Source: Gemmatimonadales bacterium | Lineage (GTDB): Bacteria > Gemmatimonadota > Gemmatimonadetes > Gemmatimonadales > GWC2-71-9 | DNA: 64,000 bases | Assembly (NCBI GenBank): GCA_041613315.1 | Contig: JBFJHJ010000004.1 | Span: 1-64,000 of the forward strand | Direction: 5' to 3' | Made by a program: the position numbers and the translations under genes | Shown here: one piece after another, positions 1 to 9,922 of the stretch | How positions within the stretch are numbered: position 1 is the first letter of the stretch | How the letters are laid out: each line of letters opens with the position of its first letter | Notes under the pieces: generated by a model | The model's database searches: none | Seen by the model: only the letters and a program-made list of their open reading frames with translations | Told to the model about the DNA's origin: nothing

Positions 1-1
1 A

Positions 2-133
2 GTGTGCGTCCGCCCAGGCCACGAGCAGCTCGCCGGCCGGGTTCAGGGCATGGAGCGCCGCGACGACGTCGGGCAGCGCGGCCGGATCGACCGTCGCGGG
101 CGCCGCCTCGGGAAGCCGATCGCGCGAGAGCAC
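2..133 (-). CDS. 5' end of a hypothetical protein running off the left edge of the window
   Basis: Open frame from GTG at 133 (VLSRDRLPEAAPATVDPAALPDVV...) with GAGG 7 nt upstream and high-GC codon usage; truncated. Confidence 0.4.
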   Translation of the reverse strand, partial: MLSRDRLPEAAPATVDPAALPDVVAALHALNPAGELLVAWADAH

Positions 134-142
134 CTCCCGGCC

Positions 143-928
143 TCAGCGCCGGTGCCAGCGGAACGTGAGACTCGCCGTAACCGGCCGGGCTTCGCTCAGC
201 ATCACCGTCCCGGCCGTGCGACGGAACAGGTGCATCCATTCCGCGGCGGCCGTGATCCCGAACCCCTCTTCGAACCCGAACGTGACGCCGCCCGAGGCGC
301 CCAGGCCGTGCCGCCTCACGCTCCGGGCGCCCACGTCCACGATCCGCAGACTGTGGCGCGGCACGATCCACAGCTTGAGCATCGGCCCCGGGCCTTTGCG
401 CGCGTAATAGGCGACCCCGAGGCCGAACGGCGCCTCCCACACGCCGGTGCCGGCCGGGCCGCGGCCGTAGCCCACGCCGGCGACGAGGCTCCAGGTCGCG
501 TCGTGGCGCCCCGGATTGAGCCGCACGTCGAGGCGGGCGGCGCCCTGCGCGTGCGCTTCGTGACCGCTCGGCACCGCCTCCGGGTAGCGCAGGCCGGCGG
601 CGATCCCGAGGGTCGCGCGCGGGCCGAATCGGCGGGAACCGGCGAGCGCCCAGCTCCAGTGCTCGCCGCTCGCGTCGGAGAGCCCGCGGCCGGCGTGCAA
701 CGCGACGATCCACCGCACCCGCTCGGAGCGGATCGGCTCGTGATGGAGCGGGAGATCGGGTAGCTGGGCGGCGAGGGGAGAGCCGGCGATCGCCGAAAGC
801 AGCGCGAGCGCCGACGCCCACCCAGAGAGCCGCCCTTGTACGGGTGCGCGAACCGGTGTGGACGGGCGTAAGCGGCCCGTCGGGGGGACGGAGGCGGGCG
901 CGATCGCGAGGCGTGGCTCACGTGTCAT
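143..928 (-). CDS. Hypothetical secreted / outer-membrane beta-barrel-like protein
   Basis: Within ORF 143..1198; likely start MTREPR at 928. Signal-like segment (WASALALLSAIAGSPLAAQ), Gly/aromatic-rich amphipathic strands, C-terminal ASLTFRW. Confidence 0.55.
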   Translation of the reverse strand: MTREPRLAIAPASVPPTGRLRPSTPVRAPVQGRLSGWASALALLSAIAGSPLAAQLPDLPLHHEPIRSERVRWIVALHAGRGLSDASGEHWSWALAGSRRFGPRATLGIAAGLRYPEAVPSGHEAHAQGAARLDVRLNPGRHDATWSLVAGVGYGRGPAGTGVWEAPFGLGVAYYARKGPGPMLKLWIVPRHSLRIVDVGARSVRRHGLGASGGVTFGFEEGFGITAAAEWMHLFRRTAGTVMLSEARPVTASLTFRWHRR

Positions 929-1189
929 AGAGCAACGCGGTGCATCATGGCGCGCAAGAATACGGCGGCCTAGGCCCATTTCGGGACATGGGGGTACGCT
1001 CTTGGGACATTCGTTCGGGAGCGCGCTCGGGGTCCGGAGTCGCTCGAGCCCGTGCCGAAGGGACGGTTTCGAGCCCGTCGCGCCTGCGGTCGGCCGCAAA
1101 TGTCCCAAAAACGGCACCCGATGTCCCAGTCCGGGCCTCATGGTGGGTGCATTCGCGGGATAGTTTGCCGCGACTCTCGAGGGGCCGCC

Positions 1190-3730
1190 ATGCCACACAC
1201 CTTCGCATCGCTTTCCAAGATGAGCAACGACGAGCTCGAGACCGTCCTCAAGACGAGCCCCGAGCCGCCACTCACGGACGACATCGTGGGATGGGAGTTC
1301 GAGGGGTGGAACGTCAACCCGGGTGCGCGCATCATCGGCAGCCGCAAGTTCAAGAAGGGGTTCTTCGGCAACCCGGAGATCTACGGCGATCCCGACCGCG
1401 GGTACGCGTGGGGCTACAACATGACCGTCGAACAGAACGCGTTCGACGAGCCGTGGATCCCCACGCCCAGTCCGGCCGACCCCACGCGGCGCTTCTTCTT
1501 CGGCGTGGTGCCGGGCGCCAAGGCCAACCGGCCCAAGTACCCCGAGACACTGGTGATCGACTACCGGCTGTGGAAGGAGTACTTCCCGCTCAATCCCGTG
1601 GGCTACACGGTGGACTACCTCGTCTACCCCAACCCGGGCGACCCCACCCTGGCCCTCGGCAAGAGCTACTTCGAGGCAGGCCCGCTGACGCCGTTCTTGG
1701 GCTACTTCCTGCTACGGCGCGATCCACGGCGGAGCGGCTACCCACGCCAGTCGCATTTCCTCACGGAGCCCCAACTCGCGACCGTCAAGGCGTTCGCCGA
1801 GATCTTCCTCCCCCAGACCGCGGTGCTCTCGCCCGAAGAGGTCATGTGGAACATCGATCGCCAGCTGGAGCGCGTGCGATCGAAGCGCAGCCAGAGCCTG
1901 CGCCTGATCCTGTTCCTGCTCGAGCACGTGCTCCCGCTGCAGGGCTTCAACCCGGCGTTTTCCAAGATGGCGCCCGCCAAGCGCCGGGCCTTCGTGGACA
2001 AGCGGCTCGCGAAGGCGACGGCACGCGATTTACGCAACCTGGCCAAGATCCGGGCCCTGTTCGCCGCCGGCTACTACGGCGACCACCGTGTGTATCCCTC
2101 GATCGGGTTCGAGCGGGTGGAGCAGCGGCCGCGCTACGATGCCGGCGTCTATGCGCCGATCCCGCAGCCTGCGGTGAACGTGCGCCGGGATCCCGCCGAG
2201 ACCGTCGAGTGCGAGGTGTGCGTGATCGGGTCCGGGGCGGGCGGAGCGGTCGTGGCCGGCACCTTGGCCGAGCGGGGCAAGCACGTCGTCCTCCTGGAGG
2301 AGGGTGCCCACATCGCGACCGCCCAAGTGACCGACGACGAAGGCCGGATGATCGCCGCGATGTACAAGGAGGGAGGGCTTCAGACGACGGTGGATTTCGA
2401 CATGGTGCTGCTCCAGGGGCAGTGCCTGGGCGGCACCACGGTGATCAACAACGCGATCTGCTTCCCCGTGCGTGACGACGTGCTGGACGAGTGGCGCGAC
2501 CTCGGCGCGGACCTCGATCGGAACGCGCTGCGCGCGTCGTTCGCCCGCATGGAGCAGGAGATCCAGGCCGCCGCCTACCCGCAGTACGCCGAGCCCGCGC
2601 TCACAGACATCGGCGGCGAGAACCCGAAGCGGCTGCTCGACGGCTGGACGCGGCGCGCCGGCACGCAAGCGGGCGGGCGCGAGCACGGGATGTTCGTCAA
2701 GAACAAGAACCGCTGTCTGGGGTGCGGCTACTGCAACTTCGGCTGCCGGTTCGGCCGCAAGCTCTCGATGCTCGAGACGTACGTCCCCAAGCTCCAGGGG
2801 CCGCGCGCCTACGTGATCGACCGGTGTCACGCCGTCAAGATCGAGCGGAAGGGACGCCGGGCCACGGCGGTCGTGTGCGAGCATCGGGGCGGGAAGACGA
2901 TCCGGGTCACGGCAGACACCATCGTCGTGGCGTGCGGGGCCATCGGATCGTCGGTGCTCCTGATGAAGAGCGGGATCGCGGTCAAGCATCGCGGCAAGGA
3001 CCTGGTCGGGAGCCGGTTCAGCTTCAATGCCGGCACGCCGATGTTCGGGTTGTTCCCGCAGCCGGTGCGCGCGTTCGACGGGATGCAGATGGGCGGCTAC
3101 GTCAACTCGACCGACGGCGGGTCCACCGGTCCGTTCCTCCTCGAGTCGCACTTCGACCCGCCGATGAGCTTCGCCGCTTCGCTTCCGGGGTGGTTCGAGA
3201 CGCACTTCGATCGGATGCGGCGATACCCGCACTGGGCAAGCGCCGGGGTGCTGATCCGCACGCGGCCGGATGCGCGCGTGAAGACATCCGCGTTCGAGCG
3301 CGACACGTTCGGCCCCGTCGAGTGGAAGGACATCGCGCCGGAGGACCTGGAGAAACTCATCACGGGGATGGCCGAGGTCGCCGCCAACTGGTTCGCAACC
3401 GGAGCCGATCTCGTTTTGCCGGCCACGTTTCTCGAGCTGGGGCTCGACCGGGCGACCTACGGGGCGGCAACGCCCGAGGCGATCGCGGAGGTCCTGCGGG
3501 GAAAGATCACCAAGAAGGACGATCTCACGCTCAGCTCCGCGCACCTCCAGGGGGGCAACCCGCTGAGCGACGACGACGCGATCGGGGTGGTGGACAGCCG
3601 ATTTCGCGTCAAGCCGCTCGACAACCTCTACGTGTGCGACGCGAGCGTGTTCCCCTCGTCGGTGGGCGTGAACCCGCAGCTCACCATCATGGCGATGGCG
3701 GACTACTTCACACGGGTCGGCGCCGTGTAG
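1190..3730 (+). CDS. GMC-family FAD oxidoreductase (long-chain alcohol oxidase-like) with two extra N-terminal domains
   Basis: ATG 1190 after GAGGGG. VIGSGAGG FAD motif, GGTTVINN, CLGCGYCNFGC, C-terminal H-QGG...VVD...NLYVCDASVFP..GVNPQLTIMA. Confidence 0.9.
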   Translation: MPHTFASLSKMSNDELETVLKTSPEPPLTDDIVGWEFEGWNVNPGARIIGSRKFKKGFFGNPEIYGDPDRGYAWGYNMTVEQNAFDEPWIPTPSPADPTRRFFFGVVPGAKANRPKYPETLVIDYRLWKEYFPLNPVGYTVDYLVYPNPGDPTLALGKSYFEAGPLTPFLGYFLLRRDPRRSGYPRQSHFLTEPQLATVKAFAEIFLPQTAVLSPEEVMWNIDRQLERVRSKRSQSLRLILFLLEHVLPLQGFNPAFSKMAPAKRRAFVDKRLAKATARDLRNLAKIRALFAAGYYGDHRVYPSIGFERVEQRPRYDAGVYAPIPQPAVNVRRDPAETVECEVCVIGSGAGGAVVAGTLAERGKHVVLLEEGAHIATAQVTDDEGRMIAAMYKEGGLQTTVDFDMVLLQGQCLGGTTVINNAICFPVRDDVLDEWRDLGADLDRNALRASFARMEQEIQAAAYPQYAEPALTDIGGENPKRLLDGWTRRAGTQAGGREHGMFVKNKNRCLGCGYCNFGCRFGRKLSMLETYVPKLQGPRAYVIDRCHAVKIERKGRRATAVVCEHRGGKTIRVTADTIVVACGAIGSSVLLMKSGIAVKHRGKDLVGSRFSFNAGTPMFGLFPQPVRAFDGMQMGGYVNSTDGGSTGPFLLESHFDPPMSFAASLPGWFETHFDRMRRYPHWASAGVLIRTRPDARVKTSAFERDTFGPVEWKDIAPEDLEKLITGMAEVAANWFATGADLVLPATFLELGLDRATYGAATPEAIAEVLRGKITKKDDLTLSSAHLQGGNPLSDDDAIGVVDSRFRVKPLDNLYVCDASVFPSSVGVNPQLTIMAMADYFTRVGAV

Positions 3731-3846
3731 GCAGCCGCCCGCCCGCCGGCGCCAGGCGACTGACGGGAGCGGCGCCGGCCATTCACTCAGAGTTCATTGC
3801 CACACACGCGACACCGGCGTGCGACACCCTTTCCGGAGGTGATCTG

Positions 3847-5316
3847 ATGGACCGGCGTTCTCAGCGTCCCGTACGAGATCTGGGCGACGTTCACGGCGTG
3901 GCGCGTGGAGCCGCCTCCTCTGCGTGGCGGACGAATCGGCAGACCGAGAGCGAGCACGTACCCGTGGCGGAGCTCAGGCGCGCAGCGAAGCCGGACGCGT
4001 CCGAAGTCAAGCTCAAGACGGCCATGCGCGTCACGCAGCCCGGCGCCACGCTGCGCTCCCGGCTCAAGCTCCTCACGGTGAACGTGTTCGCCTGGGCCTG
4101 GAACTACGCGAAGTTCGTGTTGCGGCCGCGGTTTCGTCCGTTCCCCAGATACAAAGCGCCGCCCGAGGAGTCTCCGGGGATCATCCAGATGAAGGCTGGC
4201 ACGGTCACGGTCGCGCTCGCGGGGGATTGGGGATCGGGGACGTACAGCGCCTACAGAGTCGCCGACCGCATCACCAAGGAATTCAAGGCGGATTACACGA
4301 TTCACTTGGGTGACGTGTATTACTCCGGCACGGGGCGCGAATTCGAAGAGTATTTCATGCCGGAGGACGCGTGGCCGGAAGGCACGATGGGAACGTTCGC
4401 CCTGAACGGCAACCACGAAATGTATTCGGGCGGGAAAGCCTATTTCCTCGCCCTCCGGCAGAAGACGCGGCCACGCTTCAATGAGAAGGGAGAGAAGGTA
4501 GGCGAGAAGCCGGGAAAGCTGACGTACAAGGTCGAGGGCCGGCCGGAGCCCCAGCCCCAGGACGTGAGCTACTTCTGTCTCGAGAACGACTACTGGCGCA
4601 TCGTGGCGCTCGATACGGGGTACTACGCCAGGAGCTTCCCGTTTCTGGAGCTGCTCGATACGCACTTCATCAAGCTGCATTCGGCTATTTGTAAGTGGCT
4701 GAAGGAAGTCGTGTTCAGAGACCCCAACGATCGCCGTCCGGCCATCCTCCTGAGCCACCACGATTGGTTCAGCTCGTACGATTCGGAGTACACGCGCATG
4801 GGGAAGCAATTGGCCCCGTACCTCGATCGGGTGCTCCTGTGGTTCTGGGGACACGAGCACCGGTTCTCCGGCTACGCCCCCTTCGGCTCGGACGAGAACG
4901 GTCCCCAGGTGCGCGCACGCTGTATCGGCCACGCCGGGGTTCCGTTCGACATCGCCTATCCCAAGCGACACCGCCGGCTCGTCTTCTCGGACGAGCGCAT
5001 CAGCTCCGAATCCACGAACTACGTGGATGCCAAACAGCAGCTTGGGTTCTGTGGATTCGCCCGCTTGACGTTCGAGGGCCCGACGCTGTCCGTCGAGTAC
5101 TACGACGAGCGGGAGGGTTCGGGTCCGCTCCTCAAGGAGACCTGGACCTGGAACGCGCAATCGGGGACGGCGACGGGGAAGGTGGAGGGCGGCGGAGCGC
5201 TCGCCAAGTACAAGGACGGGTACCCCAAGGTTCCTCCGAAGCGGGTGGACGATCTTGACCGTGTCAATGCGCTCGGCGGGACGTGGCGCTTCCCGGAGAG
5301 TCCGACGCGAGGCTAG
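3847..5316 (+). CDS. Calcineurin-like metallophosphoesterase
   Basis: GGAGG upstream of ATG 3847. Motifs GDWG, HLGDVYY, GNHE, LSHH, GHEH. Confidence 0.88.
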   Translation: MDRRSQRPVRDLGDVHGVARGAASSAWRTNRQTESEHVPVAELRRAAKPDASEVKLKTAMRVTQPGATLRSRLKLLTVNVFAWAWNYAKFVLRPRFRPFPRYKAPPEESPGIIQMKAGTVTVALAGDWGSGTYSAYRVADRITKEFKADYTIHLGDVYYSGTGREFEEYFMPEDAWPEGTMGTFALNGNHEMYSGGKAYFLALRQKTRPRFNEKGEKVGEKPGKLTYKVEGRPEPQPQDVSYFCLENDYWRIVALDTGYYARSFPFLELLDTHFIKLHSAICKWLKEVVFRDPNDRRPAILLSHHDWFSSYDSEYTRMGKQLAPYLDRVLLWFWGHEHRFSGYAPFGSDENGPQVRARCIGHAGVPFDIAYPKRHRRLVFSDERISSESTNYVDAKQQLGFCGFARLTFEGPTLSVEYYDEREGSGPLLKETWTWNAQSGTATGKVEGGGALAKYKDGYPKVPPKRVDDLDRVNALGGTWRFPESPTRG

Positions 5317-5360
5317 CTGCGAGCGGCGCGAGGCGCGCGAGGCCCGCCCGCCCCCAAAAG

Positions 5361-7067
5361 CTAGCCGTAGAGGGCGCCGAAGCGCGCCCGCTGCTCCGCG
5401 CTGCCCAGGGCAACGAGTGCCGAGCCCTCCACCAGGCGTCGGTCGGGCGGCAGATTCGTGACGAGTCGCCCGTCCTCCTGGAGGGCGATCACGTCCAGGC
5501 CGGTGCGCGCGCCGATCTCGGCCTCGGCGAGGGTCTTGTCGGCGAGCGACGCGGGGAGCGGTACGTAGAAGAGATCCACGCCCTCGCCCAGCACCACGAG
5601 CTCGCGCCCCTGCACGATCGAGAACACCGTCTGCACCCCGAACGAGGCGTAGCTCAGGACGAAGTCGGCGCCGGCGCGCTGGATCGCCTCGACGTTCCGC
5701 TCGTGCGTCACCCGTGTCAGGATCCGCGCATCCGGGTTGAGCCGCCGGCAGTACACCGTGAGGTAGACGTTCATCGCGTCGTCGTGCGTCGTGAGGAGGA
5801 TGGACGGCGCCTCGGTGACTCCCGCCTCGCCGAGCACCTGCCGGTCGGCCGCGTCGCCCAGGATCAGCCGGTCCGGAATGCCCGCGATCTTGGGCTCCAG
5901 CTCCCGGTTCCGTTCCACCACGTGCACCCGGATCTCCCGCTGTTTGAGGGCCCGGGCGGCCGCCCGCCCGACCTTGCCGCCGCCGATGATGAGCACCGGA
6001 TTCGGATTAGCGTCGTAGATCACGAGCACGTCGTTCAACTCATCGATCTGCTCGCGCGTGCCGATCGCGACCGGTACGCTGAGCGGTAACAGCTCGAGAT
6101 CGGGACGCGCCGCCTGGAACCGCCCGCGCTCCCAGACGCCGACGATCGTGACCCCGGTGAACTCGCGCAGCTGCGTCTCCCGGATGGTCCGGCCCTTGAG
6201 CGGCGTGTCGTGCACCGGAAACTCGACCAGCAGGAGGTCGTGAAACTTGCCGATCACGTTGGCGTGCGCCGTCCCCGCGCTCACGCGGTTGGCGAGGTGC
6301 TCGCCGAGCCGCTGCTTGAGGGGCAGCACGTTGGTGGCGCCGCTCAGCTCCAGAACGTCGATCGAATCCGCCACCTCGGCCAGCGCGACGATCGGCACGG
6401 ATTCGGACAGCTCGCGCACCGTGAGAACGATGTTGGAGTTGACCGTGTCCGAGGCGTTGGCCAACACGAGGCGTGCCCGCGCGGCGCCGGCGGCCCGGTA
6501 GGTCTCGACGGCGTCGATCTCACCGGTGACGACCGGGAGGCCCGCATCCTGCATGCGCATCGCGAGATCGGGGTCGGGCTCGATCACGTAGGCCGGCACC
6601 CCGGCCAACTCGAGCCGGCGGATGAGGCCGAGCGCGATGGGGTCGTCGGCGCAGATCAGCACGTGCCCCGCGACCTCGGCCGGCACGAACTGGAGCGCCC
6701 GGAGGCGGCTACGGCGCCGCTGCTCGAGCCACGGGGCGTACACCAGCCGGATGAAGAGGAAGGGGAGGATGATGAGGAGGAGGACCACGCCGGTCAGCAG
6801 CACGACGGAGCTGAACACGCGGCCCAGGTCGCTCTCGAACGTGATGTCGCCGAAGCCCAGGGTGCTCATGACGGTGAGCGCCCAGTAGATCCCCGTGAAC
6901 CACGTGTGCTGCTGGCCTTCCCACGCCATGATCACGTGGAACAGCCAGCCGTAGAGGAGGACGACCGCGACCAGGACGGCGACGTACTTGGCGAACGGCG
7001 CGAACTGTTGGCGGACCTTGCCGCCCCCCGTCACCAGCGCGGCCAGCTGGGAGCCGACGGTCTTCAT
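5361..7067 (-). CDS. Potassium channel (2TM + pore) fused to two TrkA-N/TrkA-C pairs
   Basis: YWALTVMSTLGFGD pore motif between hydrophobic helices; GGGKVG Rossmann motif; repeated RCK N/C segments. Confidence 0.9.
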   Translation of the reverse strand: MKTVGSQLAALVTGGGKVRQQFAPFAKYVAVLVAVVLLYGWLFHVIMAWEGQQHTWFTGIYWALTVMSTLGFGDITFESDLGRVFSSVVLLTGVVLLLIILPFLFIRLVYAPWLEQRRRSRLRALQFVPAEVAGHVLICADDPIALGLIRRLELAGVPAYVIEPDPDLAMRMQDAGLPVVTGEIDAVETYRAAGAARARLVLANASDTVNSNIVLTVRELSESVPIVALAEVADSIDVLELSGATNVLPLKQRLGEHLANRVSAGTAHANVIGKFHDLLLVEFPVHDTPLKGRTIRETQLREFTGVTIVGVWERGRFQAARPDLELLPLSVPVAIGTREQIDELNDVLVIYDANPNPVLIIGGGKVGRAAARALKQREIRVHVVERNRELEPKIAGIPDRLILGDAADRQVLGEAGVTEAPSILLTTHDDAMNVYLTVYCRRLNPDARILTRVTHERNVEAIQRAGADFVLSYASFGVQTVFSIVQGRELVVLGEGVDLFYVPLPASLADKTLAEAEIGARTGLDVIALQEDGRLVTNLPPDRRLVEGSALVALGSAEQRARFGALYG

Positions 7068-7237
7068 GCAGATATGTTAATACGAAGGACGTGCGGTCGT
7101 GACCGCCGGGCCGAGGCTCACCTCACCGGCTTCGGCAGCCGCGGCTCGCTGATGCACAGCGTGTCTCCAAGCGCTCGATCATCACGACCGCGGTGATCAC
7201 CGCGGTCAGCTCGCGGGCGTGGGTCCGGGGAAGAGCG

Positions 7238-7270
7238 CGCCCCCGCCGGCCCTGGAGGCCGGCGGGGGCG
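7238..7270 (-). terminator. GC-rich hairpin downstream of the lipoprotein gene
   Basis: CGCCCCCGCCGGCC-ctgga-GGCCGGCGGGGGCG, perfect 14-bp stem just past the stop at 7294; weak U-tract. Confidence 0.55.
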
Positions 7271-7293
7271 TTGGCAACCGGGCGAAGATCTTG

Positions 7294-8529
7294 CTAGGGC
7301 CGGAGCTCGAACTCCACCTCGATGGCGATGAGCTGGCGCGGCGTGAAGGTCTCCACGAGCCCCTTGCCGTCGGCGATCACGGTGCCGCCGGCGGCCCGCG
7401 CATCGGCCACCGCCTGAAGCGAGGTGAGCCGGTCGCTGCCGTCCTTGATCTTGGTGCCGTCCACGATCCGGATCACCGGGCCGCCCGCGAGCGTGAACGT
7501 CCGCGCGGTGACATCGACCGAGGCGACCTCACCTTCGAAGTCCTCGATCCCCGGCATGTCCTCGGCGTCGTCTTCGACCTCGAACTCCACTTTCGCGGCC
7601 ACGATGACCCGTGGGTCCGTGCTCTCCAACAATCCCTCACCCTCCGCCTCGACCATCAGGCCGGCGTCAACGGCGTCGGCCACCTCGGCCAGCGAGCCCA
7701 GCGCGTCATCATCGTCGTCCTGCTCGACCTTCGTGGCAGCGACCAGCCGAACGACGGTGCCGTTCATGAGCGTGAACTCGTTGTCGGTGAGGTTCACGGA
7801 CTTGACGATCCCCTCGAACTCGATCTCCCCCTCCATCTCGTCCAGCTCCGCCTCGAGCTCGGTGATCCCGTCGGTCACCAGCAGCTCGATCTCGAGCCCC
7901 AGGACGGTCAGGATGGCGTCCGGCGAGGACGTCGCGTTCACCACGAGGTGGCGGTCGTCAATCGTGATCTCGATCTCCGGATCGTCGGCTTCGTCGTCCA
8001 GTTCCAGCTTCAGCGCGAAGAAGGTCGACACATCCGGCGCCTGCGGCTCGGCCGGCGGGTCCCGCTTCGCTTCCACGGCCGGCATGCCGCCCGCCGCCAG
8101 CGCGTCCTGCACGCGCGTGACGAACTCGTCGAACGTGAGGTCGCGGCCGTTCTCCGACCGGAAGCGGGTCGTGACGTCGTCGAACGTCACGGTGAGGCCC
8201 GGGATCTCGAGGAACAACGTGCCCTCGCCGCCCGTGACGGCGATGTCCGCGATCCGGGCTTCGATCTCCTCGTCGTCGGCGAGCTCGTCGGGCGTTTCGA
8301 CCTCGACCTCGCGCGCAACCAGGCGATCGGGGAAGAACTCCCACGCCAGTTCGATCTCGACGCGTGTCGGCCCATCGACCAGCCGCTGCTCGAGGTCGGG
8401 GAGAGTGATGTCACGGGAGAACTGGATGGCGCCGTTTGGGCCGGGACCCGCGGCGTCGCTGCAGGCGACGGCGCCGATCCCGATGGCCACCAGCGGGGCA
8501 AATATCAACAGACGTGTCCGCGCCGTCAT
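7294..8529 (-). CDS. Acidic lipoprotein with repeated DUF5666-like OB-fold modules
   Basis: Lipobox AVAC. Repeated EFEG.V.SV....FTL..G....T....G..VEAEG.....A.(K/E)VEFE modules; very Asp/Glu-rich; GGAGG RBS. Confidence 0.75.
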   Translation of the reverse strand: MTARTRLLIFAPLVAIGIGAVACSDAAGPGPNGAIQFSRDITLPDLEQRLVDGPTRVEIELAWEFFPDRLVAREVEVETPDELADDEEIEARIADIAVTGGEGTLFLEIPGLTVTFDDVTTRFRSENGRDLTFDEFVTRVQDALAAGGMPAVEAKRDPPAEPQAPDVSTFFALKLELDDEADDPEIEITIDDRHLVVNATSSPDAILTVLGLEIELLVTDGITELEAELDEMEGEIEFEGIVKSVNLTDNEFTLMNGTVVRLVAATKVEQDDDDDALGSLAEVADAVDAGLMVEAEGEGLLESTDPRVIVAAKVEFEVEDDAEDMPGIEDFEGEVASVDVTARTFTLAGGPVIRIVDGTKIKDGSDRLTSLQAVADARAAGGTVIADGKGLVETFTPRQLIAIEVEFELRP

Positions 8530-9021
8530 GGCGTGACCTCCGAAGTCGCGAGAGATGGAGGGAGGGTTGGCTCTCTGCGTGGTACAGACCTACACCGGCA
8601 GAGTTCCGTAACGCTTTTTTCGTTATTGAGTTAGGCGGAGGCCCACTGCCACGGAACGGACCACGAGCCGGAGGCGGGATGGTCCGGATCGGCGCACGCC
8701 AGGGACATCATAGGTCGTGCGCGGGCCCGATCGTCGAACGTACCGTCGTGGGACAGGACTCACCCGTACCTCGAGAGCGTCCTCCGGTTCTTCGACGGCC
8801 TCGGTCGGTGGGTCTCCGGCCGAAGGCGACGGGCTCGCACTGGGGATCACCGTCGCGGCCCGGGGCGGTGCAACCAGCGCGGAACTGACAAGCCTCGTCG
8901 ACGCGGCACAGGCCCTCGTCCGAACGTGGCGCCGCGCCTGATCGGCACGCTCAGCATCCGACTCCCATTCCGTTCGCTGACGTATGTGATGAGTCTTTCG
9001 GCCGGAGAGCACGCGCTGCCA

Positions 9022-9891
9022 CTACGCTGGGAGCTTCCGCCGCACATCACTCAGCAGCTCGTCGAACTCCCGATAGATCGGTCCCACCCGACGCGCCACG
9101 TCGTCCTCCGACGCGAGGACGTCGTGCACGCGAGCCCGCATCGCCCGGCACCGGGCGGGGATGCTCACCATCGGAGCGGCACCGGCTCGAGTGTCGCCTT
9201 CACCGGGCACCCCTTCCGGGGGCGCCGCCGGCCGGGCGTGGCGGCTCGCCGCCGCCAGGAGCTCCACCGCCCGGTCGAGCGCGCCCGCCTTCCACGCGAG
9301 GTAGCCCTTGTAGAAGTGAGCCTCCGCGCTGGAGGGGTTCGAGCCGACGATCGCATCGAAGTAGTAGCGCGCATCCTCCAGGTCGCCCCGAACCAGGGCG
9401 ATCTCGCCCAGATGCAGCAGTGGGCCCGTCTCCTCGCGGTTGATCGCCAACGATCGCTGAAACTCGGCGGCGGCGCGCTCGGGCTGGAGCGGCTGGTCTT
9501 CGCCGACACAGAAATACAGCGTGCCCAGCTGCGAGTGTGCCCGAGCGCTGGTGGGATCGATCTCCACCAGTCGCCGCCAGGCTCGCTCCGCGGCGGCGAG
9601 GTCTCCCAGGTCGAAGTGCATGTTCCCCAGGTAGTAGAGCGCGTCCTGATGCCCGGGATTGAGCGCCAGCGCACCCGTGTAGGCTTCCGCGGCCACGGCC
9701 GCGCGTCCCGCAATGCGGTGCTCGGTGGCCTGGCGGTACGTCTCCCAAAAACGGCGGATCCGATCCCGATCGCCGGCCGACATCCCGGCGGAATCAACAG
9801 CGCCGGCCGGTTCGGACGACCCTCGCTTCAACACCGTGACCGCGGCGAACAGCACGACCACCGCCATGACGAAGCCCACGACGCGCTTCAC
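9022..9891 (-). CDS. Membrane-anchored TPR protein
   Basis: N-terminal TM after probable GTG start at 9891; TPR repeats (ALALNP..ALYYLG, DP.SARAH.QLG, NPSSAEAHFYKG). Confidence 0.85.
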   Translation of the reverse strand: MKRVVGFVMAVVVLFAAVTVLKRGSSEPAGAVDSAGMSAGDRDRIRRFWETYRQATEHRIAGRAAVAAEAYTGALALNPGHQDALYYLGNMHFDLGDLAAAERAWRRLVEIDPTSARAHSQLGTLYFCVGEDQPLQPERAAAEFQRSLAINREETGPLLHLGEIALVRGDLEDARYYFDAIVGSNPSSAEAHFYKGYLAWKAGALDRAVELLAAASRHARPAAPPEGVPGEGDTRAGAAPMVSIPARCRAMRARVHDVLASEDDVARRVGPIYREFDELLSDVRRKLPA

Positions 9892-9922
9892 GGTGTGGCC
9901 TCGGCGGCGATGCGGAGCGGAT

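Noticed and set aside
2..145. Possible selenocysteine read-through of the TGA at 143-145 into the in-frame downstream ORF (selB is in the window)
   Set aside because: The upstream protein ends like a complete barrel, there is no redox-motif context, and the downstream GTG has its own RBS-like GAGG. I saw no convincing Sec-UGA gene anywhere in the window.
8623..9012. 129-aa minus-strand ORF between the TPR and lipoprotein genes
   Set aside because: No recognisable motif or RBS and atypical composition; possibly decayed sequence.
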